Shown: positions 1 through 13,300 of the stretch, one piece after another
Position numbering within the stretch: position 1 is the stretch's first letter
Layout of the letters: every line of letters starts with the position of its first letter
NCBI GenBank assembly: GCA_016748015.1
Contig: JAAOMT010000480.1
Location: 62,001-126,000, forward strand
Direction of reading: 5' to 3'
Length of the DNA stretch: 64,000 nt
From: Geosiphon pyriformis uo1
Lineage: Eukaryota; Fungi; Glomeromycota
Program-made: the position numbers and the translations under genes
The notes under the pieces: model-generated
Told to the model about the DNA's origin: nothing
What the model saw: the letters and a program-made list of their open reading frames with translations, nothing else
Database searches by the model: none

Positions 1-1011
1 AATTTTTTTATTAACATAGAAATTAAAAGTTGATTCTGTTGGCCAATGGTTATTTGTTAATTCAAGGTAAATTTAGTAATATTAAAATAAAAATTTTGTA
101 AATCTTAAATGATTTTTTCTTATGATTTCTTAGTCTGCCACTTTTTCAGATAATTAATGTTAATACTGGTTTTCTGTTAGATTATATTTCACAGAGAGCA
201 CCAAATATTATAGGTAATTATTTAAAATGTTAAAACAAATAACAAACTTGTAACTTGGTATTTAATAACTAGTAATGTTAGTAATATTTGAAGATTTTAT
301 GATTTGAAAATTTTGGTTAAGTCTTTTATATAATAAACAGAAATTTAGTCGATGATTTCTTTTATAAATTTTTTTTTTAATTTAGTGGCCAGTTTATTCT
401 AATAGTTATGTTTTTCTGGTAAACTATTCTTAAATTTCTACTCTTATTTCCAGATTTTTTACCAAACTATTCTTAATGTCAAATACTCAGCACTTAATTT
501 TTTTAATTAATTAGTAACAACAAAGAAATAAAACAAAAGAAATAAAAATAAAGAAAAATAAAAGAAAAATAAGAAAAAAAATAAGAAATTAGTATTTCAT
601 CAATAGCTGTAATTAAGAGCTATTAGTTCAGTATAGTTAAATATTAGATTCTATTAATATGAAGTGTTAATAGTAAGAAAATAATTAATATTTTTAATTA
701 AATAATAATAACATAGATTGAATGATAATTAGATATTTAATATTTGATGTGTTTTTACTTCAAGTTATAAAAAACTATTTTTTAAAAAAAAAGTATTGGA
801 ATTCTGAACTCTATTAAATTCTGAATACTTTTCTGTTTTTAATACTTTCACTATATATATATAATTTGTATTATATGAAAATTTTGGAAAATCCTGCAAT
901 TTTCTAAAAGAATTCTAAAATTCTGAAATTCTGTAATTTCTTATTTTACTATGTCTATTTCTGATTGGTTATTTTATTTATTATTATAATATCTAATTTC
1001 TATAAATAACA
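1..1011 (-). mobile_element. 5' end of a Ty3/Gypsy-type LTR element (family C): 5' LTR 206-1011, PBS 188-203, degenerate internal sequence 1-187; the body lies left of the window
   Basis: The reverse complement of ttcacagagagcacca (188-203) is TGGTGCTCTCTGTGAA, a PBS 2 nt from the LTR end. The LTR terminus is ...tttctataaataaca (1011). The same LTR sequence recurs at 41911-42229/57588-58155 and, inverted, at 58748-59160. LINE ORF1 sequence resumes at 1012. Confidence 0.75.
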
Positions 1012-1942
1012 ATATAAACTCAGTAGTATAAGATTGGTGTTTTTAGTCCTATTTTTTTTGCAAGTCTTTGTAAATTTACTGGTCTCTAATATAGATTTAA
1101 ATTTGAACATAATATTAGATAATTTGCAGACCTTATTTTTACTCTTTTTTTTGGTCTTGTCTAAGACTTTGATGTTGAATTCAAGCAGTTTAAAAATCTT
1201 AACCATTAAGATAGACAGTTTAAAATCAAAATTAATGGCTTTTGAGACTTCTGTTGATTTTGTTTTAGTAAAGTTAAATTTCTTGTGTGCTGACTTAAAT
1301 TTTTCTGTATCTATTTTATTTTAATAACCAATTTAATTTAAAAAATTGCTATGTGTAATGTTCATAATATCAATGTCTTGGCTAAGCAAAAGAATGTTGT
1401 TTGTTAATATACAGAATTAAGTAACATGATTTCTATTATTACAGAAACAAAGTTAAGATTTAACATTAGACTATATATTATAAATAAGTTTGATGAGGTC
1501 CGAATTTTTACTTTTGGTTTAAATATGAGTTTTTATAATACAAAAGTGGCCATAATTATGAATAGTTTTTTGGCTCAGCATGTTTTTATAGTAAAAAAGA
1601 TTCCAAATTATTTAATCTCAATGTATCTTCTGTTTAAAGGCAAGCTTTTGGTTACAATTTTGAGTTTATATGCTAATGTTTTTTCTGAATTTAGGTTTGA
1701 GCAAGCTTTAGTGATCAACTTTTTTGTGGCCAAAGTAGTTAACTTCAGCAATTTGGTAGTTTTTAGTAAAAATTTTAATAAAAATAGATTTAAAAAAAGT
1801 GCTAGTTTTAAGAAGTGCTTAGATATGGGTCTAATTAATTTACTTTTTAAATATTCTTTAATAAAAGTTCTTACTTAGAGCAACTTTAAAAGAGCCAAGA
1901 AAATTATTGATTATATTTTTGTTAGTGAGAATTTGTTATTAG

Positions 1943-2614
1943 TGTTATAATTGAAACCACACTTTTTATTAATTATCATATATATTAGCTATTGATGTTA
2001 TATAATTAGCCATCTTATTTTTAGATAGTAATTATTGACTTAATTAATAACCTAACAGTTAATTTGGTTGTTAACCACTTTTAATAGCTATATAAACAAT
2101 AAGTTTTTTAGCTGTAAAAAAACATAATTAAAGTAATAAAATAAAATCTACTATTAATTACTTTTTCTTATATTACTTATTTTTTTTTCCTATTTTCAAG
2201 TATCTAAACATCTTGGAATAAAAGATTATTTGTTGGCATTCACATATCTTATCTTTTCCTCTTCTTGATTTGTATTTGTTAGAATTAGAGAAATGATTGT
2301 TTGCTTTTGTAATTCATTAAATAAAAAAACAATTGAAAAGCACAATAATATCTGTTATTGATTTTAAGAATTACTAAGTTAAGACATAGAATAATAGCAG
2401 TAGTATTATCTTGTTGACAATTATAGACTATTCTTTTATCTTTAAATTTCCAGAAAAGATTTGTGATTGTGATTTTTATAAGACTAATTATGCATATTGA
2501 ATCCTTATTTATTTAATTTGTTTTCTTATTGTAATTCTCTCTTTGATTATTTTTATTATCTTACAATCCTGTTCTCTCTTGTTATCCATTAACTTGTTAT
2601 TTTAATTTGTAACA
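1943..2614 (+). repeat. 5' LTR of A1 (672 bp)
   Basis: TGTTA...TGTAACA termini, followed by TAAAAG and the PBS; homologous to 9606-10363. Confidence 0.9.
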
Positions 2615-5600
2615 TAAAAGTGGTGCTCCCTATGAGGTTGTTAAAATCTACTTTGTTCTTATTGTATAAATGATTATTCATATTTGTCATAATAATTAGA
2701 AAAATATTTTGAAGCACACAACAAAAATAATCTAGATTTTATTTAACTCAATCTTTTGCTCTTCTGCTTGATTTGCTTTCTCATTGAAAAACAATTCAGT
2801 AGACAATTCCAAGACTTTTGAAACTAGTTTTTAAACAAGCATTTAGCTGAAATTTATACAGCCTATACAACCTATTACTTTGACCAAGCTTATTTTGAAG
2901 ACAACTTAAAAGAAAGAAATAACAGCATTAATTAGCTTTTATATTCCACAACTTTTGAACAACAGCTCCCTAATTCTGAATACCTAAATCACCAAATTCA
3001 CATTTGGATTGCTGTTCATTAGCTAACTGAAACTTTTTTTGAAACAAAAAAAGAAAGCTATTAAACTGCTCTTGTTTTTAATTTCTTCTCAAGCAAATTA
3101 AAACATTTTATACAAACAGCTACTCTTGAATCAATGGCTAATGACTTTATGTAAGCAAATATTCTGGCTGTTCTTCAGAATATACAAACTGCTTTAGGGC
3201 GAAGAAACAACATCCCATTACTATTATTCAAAGACAATATACAAGATTCAATTGAATAATTAGATGACTTTAAAAAAGTTGCCACAGTTAATCAATATAA
3301 TAATAAATATAAGTTCCAAATTATTGGTGGCTACTTTTAAGACTCTTCTGCTACTTGGTTTTCACAAGAAACCAATGCCAATACTCAGTAAAAAATTATT
3401 AAATGAATACCAGCAAATGCTGGAAAAAACAACATTTCTTTTACTATTCAGTTTAAAACAAAATTTAGAACTCTTATCTTAATATCCAAATAATGCATAG
3501 AATTAAAAAAAAGAACCAAAGTCTTAATGAAGTTGTAACTAAATATGCCAAAGCAATCAGAAAGTTAATTAAGCAAGTAGACTTTAGAAAAAACTGGACA
3601 AAAGAACAGAAAATTCACTCCTTTACAAAAAGATTGAGAACTGATTTCTCATATGCTTTTTGGTCCCTCTTGGCCCTAAAAAACAATTCCACAATAGATA
3701 TGGCTATTGAACTTGCCCAAAAAATTAAAGATAACCAAAGAATGCACTTGAGATCTACACTTTTAGTTTTTGCTTCTGCTTTTGTTATGGCTTTTGCTCC
3801 TCAAATGGCTACTACTTCTTTTATTGCTCAGACTTCAAATTTCAATAAACAATTAATAAATAGACTTACAGCCAATCTTGCCCAATTATTAAAACTCTTA
3901 GTTCAAGTAGTTAAAAAAAATCAACAATTTCAAAAACCCAGATTTGAACTCCATTTTAATTAATCTCAGCAACTTCTTTATTAAAGACAAAAAAATCATG
4001 ACCCACCTGTGTATTATTGTTGTAAATTAACTGAACATTTCTCTAGAGATTGCAACAATTTTTTTTTGTCTTCTCCAGCTCCCAGAAACAATGACAATTA
4101 AAACAACAGAATCATTAACAACAATGTTTTCAATTAAAAACCCAATTATGCCAAAATTAATTTCTTTGAAGAGAATTTTTTAGTTAAAGTTACTGTTTAT
4201 CAGCTTTTAAACTAGTAGGTGCATCTTCAAAGAGTGAAAGTGCAAACCAATTAAAAGAAAACTCTTTTTATGCTTTTAATCTAACTAATAATAACCATAA
4301 TATAAATGAATTAGCAATCAACATTTCTGAATTAACAAAAAAAAAGAAGAAAGCCAAAGTTGATTTTATTCTGGATCTAATTAAAACATTTATATTAACT
4401 ATTGATAACAATAAGTCATCAAAAACTAAAGTTTTTAAAAATCCTTCAAAGTTGAAATTTCAAAAAATAGTACAAAAATCTGGTCTTTATTTTGTTGTCA
4501 AAAATTTCATGAAAACTCCAGCTCACATTATCTTTGGCCAATTAATAATCCATTCACAATTTAGGAAAAATCTTTATAAATTTTTAATTTTAAAGAAAAA
4601 ACACCAAAAACCAACAAGTATTTTTGCCAAGCTGAACTTGCTGACAACAGCAATATTACCCCTTTAATTTGCAAAGCACAAATGGCTGATTACTTTATTG
4701 ATCTGATCTTAGACAGTAGATTATTTGTTAGTGTTATTGCCAAACATTTCCTTAAAGTAATCGGCAAAAAGATTAATGAACTCTTAACTAGACCAATAAC
4801 CAATATACATAGTAACAAAAAAAAATCTAGGCATAGCCAAAGCTGTTCCTGTTTGTATCAATAGTATTAGCATTAAAACTAACATAGAAGTATTAGAAAC
4901 AAAAGAATACACCATAATTGTTGACAATGAGTGGTTTAAGAAGACCAAAGCATTATTTAACAATAAACTTTGTAAGCTAATTATCAGATGTGATAAAAAG
5001 TTCATTGTGGTTAAGTGCTATTATTGGACAACTTCTTCAGTAATCAAGCAAAATCAAGAAAATAAGCAATTAGATAAATCAGATAATAAAAAAAATAATA
5101 ATAAAAAAGATCAAAAAAAACAAAAAAAAATTGCTAAACTCATTTATATCATCTTTATTAGCAATGGCAAGTCACTGGACAATGTTAAAGCTAACAAAAA
5201 AAGAATTATTGTAAATGATAAGCTAATTTGTTGGTCCTACTATAATATTCTCAGAAAAATTTTTGATAAAAAACCTGAGAAGAAAGCAAAATACAGTTAT
5301 TAATAATATGACTCTTGTGTCTGGTACTAATGTAATAAACTCTTGTATTCTTTTAGTGATAAATGCAAATTCTGCTTAATCTACTATAAAGATTGAGAAC
5401 TCATTAGCTTAATACCAAGAAAAGAACTAAGAGAAGTACAAAAGTCTTTTGAGAATAAACCACCTAAAATTCAATCACTTACAATAAAACAAAAAGAACT
5501 CTCCTTAAAAGAAAAAAAAATAAACATAAAAAATCTGTTGGCTAAAAATAGCCCAGTTATTTCGAAAAAAAGTAATATCTTTGAATAAACCCATGTGATA

Positions 5601-6953
5601 CAACATATTATTACCATTAGAAAAATTTGTCTTATCTATTTAAAATCTTATTAATTCAATTGATACAATAATGAATTCATCAAAAAAGAAATAAACTGAA
5701 TGAAAAATCTTGAATTCATACAAAAAACCAAGAGCAAATAGGCTTTTTCAGTTGTAATAATATCTAAAAAAGATGAAACCTTATGCTTCTGTGTTGATTA
5801 TCACCAATTAAATATCATTATTATAAGAGACATATATTCACTTTCCAAAATTGATATAATACTAGACAAATTCAATGATGCTGCTTTTTTTTCTACTATT
5901 AACTTAACTACTGGATTCTGGCAAGTAGAAATGGATCCAGAAAGCAGAAAAAAAACTGCTTTTATTACCAAGTATGACACTTATAAATTTACAGTCATGC
6001 CTTTTGGTTTTACCAATGCCTCTTTCACCTTTCAATATCTAATGAACAAAGTATTTGAATCAGTAAAAGAAAACTTTGTTCTAATCTACTTGAATGATAT
6101 AATAATATACTCAAAAACTTGAAATAAACACTTAAAACATTTACAAAAGGTTTTTAATCTTCTTAAAAATGCTGGTCTTAAAATCAACTCAATTAAATCT
6201 TTTTTTAAACATCAATTCACCCAGTTTTTTGGTTATTTTATTACAAAAGATGGAATTTTTTCTGACCCAGCTAAAGTTAAAAAAGTTTAAAACATTAGAC
6301 AACCAATAAATATTCCTGAACTATGTTCTTTCCTTGGTTTGGCTTCTTATTATCACAAATTTATCAAAGATTTCTCTAAAATTGTCTTTCTTTTCAATCA
6401 GCTATTCAAAAAAAATGTCAATTATCACTGGAGCACACATTAGCAAAAAGCTTTTAAAACTCTAAAAAAAAAACTTGTTACTGAACCAATTCTTAAGCAA
6501 TCTGATCTGGATCAATTTTTCATCCTCCACACTAATACATTTAACTATAAACTTGGTGCTGTCCTTTTACAGAAAGATGAAGATAGCAGAGAACATACTA
6601 TAGCATATGCCAGTAAAATTTTTACACTAGCAGAAAAGAAATATTCAGTTATTAAACAAGAATACTTAGTAGTAGTTTGGGCTATTAGTTATTGAAACCA
6701 ATATCTTCTTAGTGTAAAATTTCTAGTGGTAACAGATCATCAAATATTGGTTTGATTACACAATAAAAAAAAGCTAAAACACAAACAAACAACTCATTGG
6801 ATACTTCATCTGAATGAATTCAACTATAATATTTAACACTACAAAGGAGCAAATCATCAAAATACCAATGCTCTTTTTAGACTTATCATTTAGTAATAAT
6901 ATAATCTCTTAATCAAATCAACTTAATTATTAGTAACTCTCTTACAAACAAAC

Positions 6954-8263
6954 ATGATAATAGACTTGGACAACTACTCTGTTTTAATAAAATTTTTGGA
7001 TAAAGAACAATACTCACCAGAATACACTTAACAACAAAGAAAACATTTATGCAAACAATTAAATTTCTATTTGATTCATCAGAACCAACTATATAAAAAA
7101 ATAAAAAAAATTCAGACTGCTCCCAGAAAGTTATTAGATTTGAAAAAAAAAATTGTGATCTACAACATGCACACTAATCTATTAGCTAAACACTTTGAAA
7201 AAACAAAAACAATTCAAAAAACTTTAGCTCACTATTATTGGTTTATATTAAAGAAAAACATTGCTGAGTACATCAAAATCTGTGACACCTGCCAAAAAAA
7301 AAACAAATCCAACCAAAAAAAAAATATTCATTCAATTTTTGTTGGCCAATCATTTAACAAAATTGGTATAGATATTGTTGAATCTTTAACAATAACTTCT
7401 GATGACAATAGATACATTATTACAACTACCAACTATCTTATAAAGTGGATAGAAACAAGAGCCACTTCAGACCAAACAGCAGTATCAATAGCCAACTTCA
7501 TTTATGAAAATATTATCTGCTGTCATAACTGTCTCAAAAAACTTTTATCTAATAGAAAAAAAGCTTTTCTCAGTACACTGGTTAAAGAACTTTGTAGAAA
7601 AATAGAAATATATTATAAACTTTCTTCTTCTTATCATCCCTAAACAAATGGCTTAGTAGAACATTTTAATAAAACACTATGTGAAATCTTAGCCAAAACC
7701 AGTAAAGAAACAAACTTATAAAACAAAATACTGCCTTTAGCTTTGTTTGCTTATAAAACTATAAATCATGACATAATAAGTTATAAACCTTTTTATCTAT
7801 TCTATAGATACATAACAACACTACTAATAGAAACTGATATTGAAACAATATCTTTTAAAAAAATCACAATAAGGAATTACAAAGACATTTTGCAAAGAAG
7901 ACTTGATACTATTCTTAACTTTTTGGTAGAAACATAAATAATTGCCTTTAAAAAGATAAAACAGTTCCAAGAAAAGCTTAAGAAAAAAAAACCTATAAAA
8001 CACTTTCCTTAAATATTGGTAACTTAGTATTAGAATACTGTTTAGACAGAGATAATATCTATGATAATAAATTCTTTAACCAGTAAAAAGAACTTTTTAT
8101 AGTCAACAAAGTTTTAAACAATAGTTCTTATATTCTACAAGATCAATTCAGAACAATTTTTAATAATCATCCTGTTCATAATACATGACTCAAGAAATAT
8201 CACAAATAATTTGATTGGTTGTTTGTTGTAGTAATACTGACCCAAATGATCAGCAAAAATTAA
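6954..8263 (+). pseudogene. Integrase ORF of A1 (zinc finger, DDE core, GPY/F-like tail), disrupted by stops
   Basis: Starts at aaacATG 6954 after TAG TAA TAA at 6891-6899. ORF-track pieces are 7071-7643 and 7743-7937. Colinear with A3 54545-55858. Confidence 0.8.
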
Positions 8264-8265
8264 GT

Positions 8266-9636
8266 ATAAATAAATACATTATTCCCAAAACAGAGGTATT
8301 TTTAATCAACATAAACAATTATTTTTTGGATCAAAACATTCAAAATGCTTTTTATACTCTCTATGAGTATTAGATCAAAAACTATCCAAATGCTATTCTG
8401 ACCATTAAAAAACAGACCACTATAACTGATAAAAGTGGAACACATACTGTTATTAGACCCAAGAAAAACATTACCAGAAGAGAAAAAATTGGTAACAAAA
8501 TAAATAAATATTTGTTAAAAAGTATAACAGCAGCTATACTCCTATTTTTCAGTACAATTGGAAAAACAATCCAAGAAATCTTGCCTATAAACAAAAACTT
8601 ATCATATGAAAGACAATTATAACTCTATAGTTATCTTAATGAAATCATAGAAAATATTGTTATAATTGAAACTTATACTTCTTATTAATTATTATATGTG
8701 TTAGCCATTAATATCATATAATTAGCCATTTTATTTTTAGAAAATAATCATTGACCTGATTAATGATCTGACTGTTGACTTAATTATTGGCCACTTTTAA
8801 TAGCTATATAAGCAATGAATTTTTTAGTTGTAGAAAGTATGTAAGAATCAAAGAAAGAAAAAAAATAAAATAACAACTTTTATTTCAATCATTCTTTTAT
8901 CACTAATTTTTCTTTCCCTACCTTTAAGTATCTGAACATCTTGGGATAAAAGATTACTTGTTGGTTATTTCTTATCTTTTTCCTAAAATGTATAATTGCA
9001 GCATTTGAAGATTATTGAATAAAATATGACTAAAGAGTACATCTGATACCTGATATTAAATTCTAAGAGCACCAATATAAAGCATAAAATTATACCAGTG
9101 TGTGATCATTTGTTGACAGTATAAACTATCTCTTTATTTTCAGATTCCCTGGTTATCCTTAAAAAGTATAGCAACTGAGATATTTTATGAGACTAATCTT
9201 GTATATTGAATCTATACTTATTCAATTTGCTCTTTAAAGTTGAATTCCCTTTAATTCTTTTCATTATCCTACAATTCTGTTTTTTCTTGTTATTCATTAG
9301 CTTGTTATTCCAATCTATAACAATATGAAGTTTATAAAGAAAACAACTTTAAAGATACAAATAGAAATTTTGGGCATTATATAGTTAGATGTCCTAAGAG
9401 TTTTAACTATTGCTAAAAAAACCAAAACTCTTATACAAAGATTTGGTCTTTTGGATACAAAACTTATTTTGTCTCAAATATTATATATCTTATTTACTAA
9501 AGACTTCAATAAACTAGTTAGCTTTAAATTAGACAAAACTTTTCAATTAGATTATTTTATAAATAGCTTGATTTTACCAAAGCTTAATCTCTTTAGAGAG
9601 GATAATGTTACAGTTAAAACCCACACTTTTTATTAA
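8266..9636 (+). pseudogene. ORF3 of A1 (unknown function), split by the solo LTR at 8658-9322 and ending inside the 3' LTR
   Basis: Colinear with A3 55861-56562. The C-terminal piece 9451-9636 (..LNLFREDNVTVKTHTFY) crosses the PPT/LTR junction. Confidence 0.65.
8658..9322 (+). repeat. Solo LTR of family A (A3-like variant) inserted in ORF3 of A1
   Basis: Termini TGTTATAATTGAAAC...CTATAACA; TSD ATAT at 8654-8657 and 9323-9326. The flanks rejoin to match A3 gaaatcataaaagacatgaaac. Confidence 0.88.
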
Positions 9637-10363
9637 TTATCACATGTATTAGCTACTAATATCATATAATTAGCCACTCTATTTTTAGATAATAATTATT
9701 AATCTAATCAATAACTTGATTATTAACCTGATTATTAACTTGATTATTGACTTGATCAATGACCTGATCAATAATCTAATCATTGACTTGATCATTGACT
9801 TGGTTATTGACTTGGTTATTAACCACTTTCAATAGCTATATAAGCAATGATTTTCTTAGCTATAGAAAAACATGATCAAAGTAATAAAATAAAACACTAT
9901 TAATTACTTCCTTTTATATTATCTATTCCCTTTTTTCTACCTTCAAGTATCTTAACATCTTGAAATAAAAAATTACTTGTTGGCATTTACATATCTTATT
10001 TTTTTCTTTTCTTGATTTGTATTTGTTAAAATTAGCCTGAAAAGTAATTGTTTGCTCTTGTGATTTATTGAATAAAAAAACAATTGAAAAGCACAATAAT
10101 ACCTGTTATTAATTCTAAGAATTACCAAGTTAAGACATAGAATAATTGCAGTGGTATTATTTTGTTAACAATTATGAACTATTTCTTTACTTTCAGATTT
10201 TCAGAAAAGATTTGCAATTATAATTTTTATAAAACTGATCACATATATTGAATCCTTACTTATTCAATTTACTCCCTTATTGTAATTTTTTTTGATTATT
10301 TCTATTATTCTATAATTCTGTTTTCTCTTGCTATTTGTTAGTTTGTTACTCCAACTTATAATA
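9606..10363 (+). repeat. 3' LTR of A1 (758 bp) with an expanded 12-bp tandem array at 9697-9825
   Basis: Preceded by the PPT. Contains 10 full units of (Y)ATTGACYTGAT, then GCTATATAAGC (TATA-like, ~9836-9846). Confidence 0.9.
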
Positions 10364-13300
10364 TTAGCAATTACACATCATGAAATCAACTGTGTATCTG
10401 ACTTTTTTAATATTAATTACATAGCAATCATGGTTTTAGTTGGATTGGAAGATTTTTTGGACACTTGTTTGAATAGTATTTGCAAACAAGCAAATAAAAA
10501 TTAATGAAAATTTAGGTTAAATATGTTAATAGTGTTAAATATAATGATTTTTGTAACTTTTTTTCAGTTAAGCTTTTTTTGATAATGAATAAGTTTGGTA
10601 AAGCAAATAAGAAAAATAATCTGGATGTAATATAAAAACTCTTAAAAGATGTAATAGTAAAGACAACTAACAAGACTTTTTTTAAACATTAATACAATAA
10701 AGCCAAATGTCTGTTTAATAAGCAATAATTAAGATTTTTCAAATTAGAATTGTTGATTGCTAAAGTGGTAAAATTTCTTAGATCTAGTAATATGTTTGGA
10801 ACTAATAAAGATAAAGCTTCAAAAGTGCAAATTATAATTCAGAGTGATGCCAAGTTATCAAATGTTTTTAGCTGTTTTTTTAGAATTAGAAAAATTTATT
10901 GCAAATCCAAAATACATGAGTTTAAAACTGTTAAAATAATTGTTATAAAATATATAATTGAGAAAAGAATAAAAAACTTTTTCTCAAATAAAAGTTGTAT
11001 GATTAAAAATATATTAAAAAAACTATTTTACAAAGTAATATTAAATTATTTAATAGTTGATAACAATCTGGTTTTGGAACCTAATAATGTTAAATCTAAA
11101 ATTAATATTATTATGAAAGACTAGACCAGAAAGCAAATGGTTTTTAAATCTTTGTTTGAAATTTAGGCTAGTCAATATGCTTTTCTGTATTATGTAAATA
11201 ATAATGTATTCTTAAATATTATGAATATTATTGGTTTTAAAAAATTGGTTTAAGTAGTTAAAAACTTGTCAGATAGAAAAGCTGTTGGTCTTAGTGGCAT
11301 TTTTAATGAGTTATAGAAACATTATAGTAATAATATTCTTAAATATCTTTTAGAATTTCTAAATTTATGTTTAATTTTGAATATAATTTCGATTCAATAA
11401 TATCTAAACCTTATAAATAGAATAAAATTTTAACAAACACTCAACCTATTACTATGATTAAGCCAGTTAAAAAAAAAATTTTTAAGATTTTTTTAGATTG
11501 GATCTCTTTTGCTTATGAAAATTTTGGTGTTTTTTGTAAAGATAACTTTTCTGTTTTGAAAGGTACTTTAACTCAGTTTTCTATCTTTGCTATTAGTTTA
11601 ATAATTGAGAATGCCCTAGAAAAAAACAAAAAAGTTTGGTTAGTTTTATAAGGCATATGTAAAGTGTATAATTCAATAAGATTGTACTATCTAAAAGTTA
11701 GTCTTTAATATATTATAATGTGTAAAAAATTCATTGGTTTTTTTGACAGCATTTATAAAAATAGATTAAATAAGATTATAATAGACTTTGATCTTATAAA
11801 TAAATACTGAATACATGATAAACTTAATTAAAGTAAGATGTTTTCTTTTCTTCTTTGGAGAATTTTTTATGATCCTCTTTTGTAAGACAAAACTATTTAT
11901 GTAAATACTAAATTGATACCAAATTTGTGGCTAAGACAAAAAGAGTAGAAACTATAGAACAAACAACTTTTTTTCTTATAACTGGTGTATTTGTTGATAA
12001 TATTATTTGGATTGGGAATAATTATACTTTTATATAATATATATTAGATATTGTCAGTGAATTTTTTTCAATTAATAATATTTTTATTAATAATAACAAA
12101 ACAGTGACTATTTTTATTAATAAGAAGGTTAAAGATACTTTTTTAAGAATTAATAGGTTATTTATTTCAATTACCAAGATTAGTATATTATATAAATATT
12201 TGGGAATTTTTTTGTCTATCAATAAAATGTTCAAGTCCAGTTTGGCCAAAACTTAATCTAATGTTAGATTTTTTTCAAATATGGTTTTGAGAAAAATTGT
12301 TACAAATAAACAGTTTTTATATCTGGTTTTAGCAGTTTTATAACTCATTGTTAACTATTATTCACAATTTAGTTTTATTTCTTTAGAAGTTTGTTATTAA
12401 TAGAATGTTTTAATTAAAAAAAGTTTTAAGTTAAAGACTGATTTGTTTTATAACTTTCTGAGTAAGATACTACATTATTTTTTATTATATAGTCTAAAAA
12501 CATTTGAACAAATTCAAGCTAAAAAAAAGATTTCTTTAACTATTGTCTTTGCAAATACTTCTAAAATCCTTGGTTAGCTTTTTAAATACAGATTTTTAAA
12601 TCTTCAAGTTTTGAATTAAACTTTCTTGACTTTTTTACAGTATTTGGTAAGATTGTGTGTTAGTTTTTTTAACAATTTTTTGGCTGAAGTAGTATAGATC
12701 TTTTTGGACAATAGTTTTTTGTTGGCAAACAATTTGCTTAGTGTATTCTTTAATTTTAACAAATTTTTTATGTTAAATATCTTAGAGACTTTTTTGTATT
12801 ATAAAAAAGTCAAATTTTTAAAGAAGTTTAGTATAATATTTTGTAACAGACTTCTGGATAAGTGGGATGGAATTATGAATTAAAAGATATTTTGCTATTG
12901 AAAGAAGCTAAATTTCGGAGAGCTAATATCTTTTTGGTTTGTTTTAGTATTGAAATTTTTACACAATATTAAATTTGTACTGGTTTTTTTAGTATGGTTT
13001 CTGAATCAGATAATAATAGTATTGTGTTATTAAATCAGTTTTTAACTTTAAAGATATGTTGTTATGAGGTTTGGTTAAATGTATTTACTGTTTATATAGA
13101 TAATTTTTTGAAGAGTTTGGATTTTTTTGCTGTGGTTAATAAAACTGCTGCATATTTTTCTGAAGTTAATCTAGAAATAAGTGTCAAAGTTAATGAATTA
13201 CTGTTATCAACAATAGCTAAATTACAAACTGTTGCTTTGGCTTTGGAATGTATGTTTTTTTCTTGTGTTGTAATTATATATTTAGACAACCAGACTGCCA

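Larger units (their letters stand above)
1943..10363 (+). mobile_element. Ty3/Gypsy LTR retrotransposon, family A, copy A1 (full length, heavily mutated)
   Basis: LTRs at 1943-2614 and 9606-10363; TSD TTAG at 1939-1942 and 10364-10367; PBS TGGTGCTCCCTATGAGG at 2621; PPT agagagga before 9606. Also gag CCHC remnant ~4010-4053, protease LILDS ~4700, RT KTAF..MPFG..YLND 5931-6122, and integrase H..H/CxxC plus GIDIV core 7071-7643. Domain order is PR-RT-RH-IN. Confidence 0.92.

Noticed and set aside
188-203. tRNA gene fragments at TGGTGCTCTC sites
   Set aside because: Only 3'-end complements adjacent to LTRs, i.e. primer-binding sites; no cloverleaf.
9697-9825. CRISPR-like array
   Set aside because: The 12-bp units are head-to-tail without unique spacers, inside an LTR of a eukaryotic genome.
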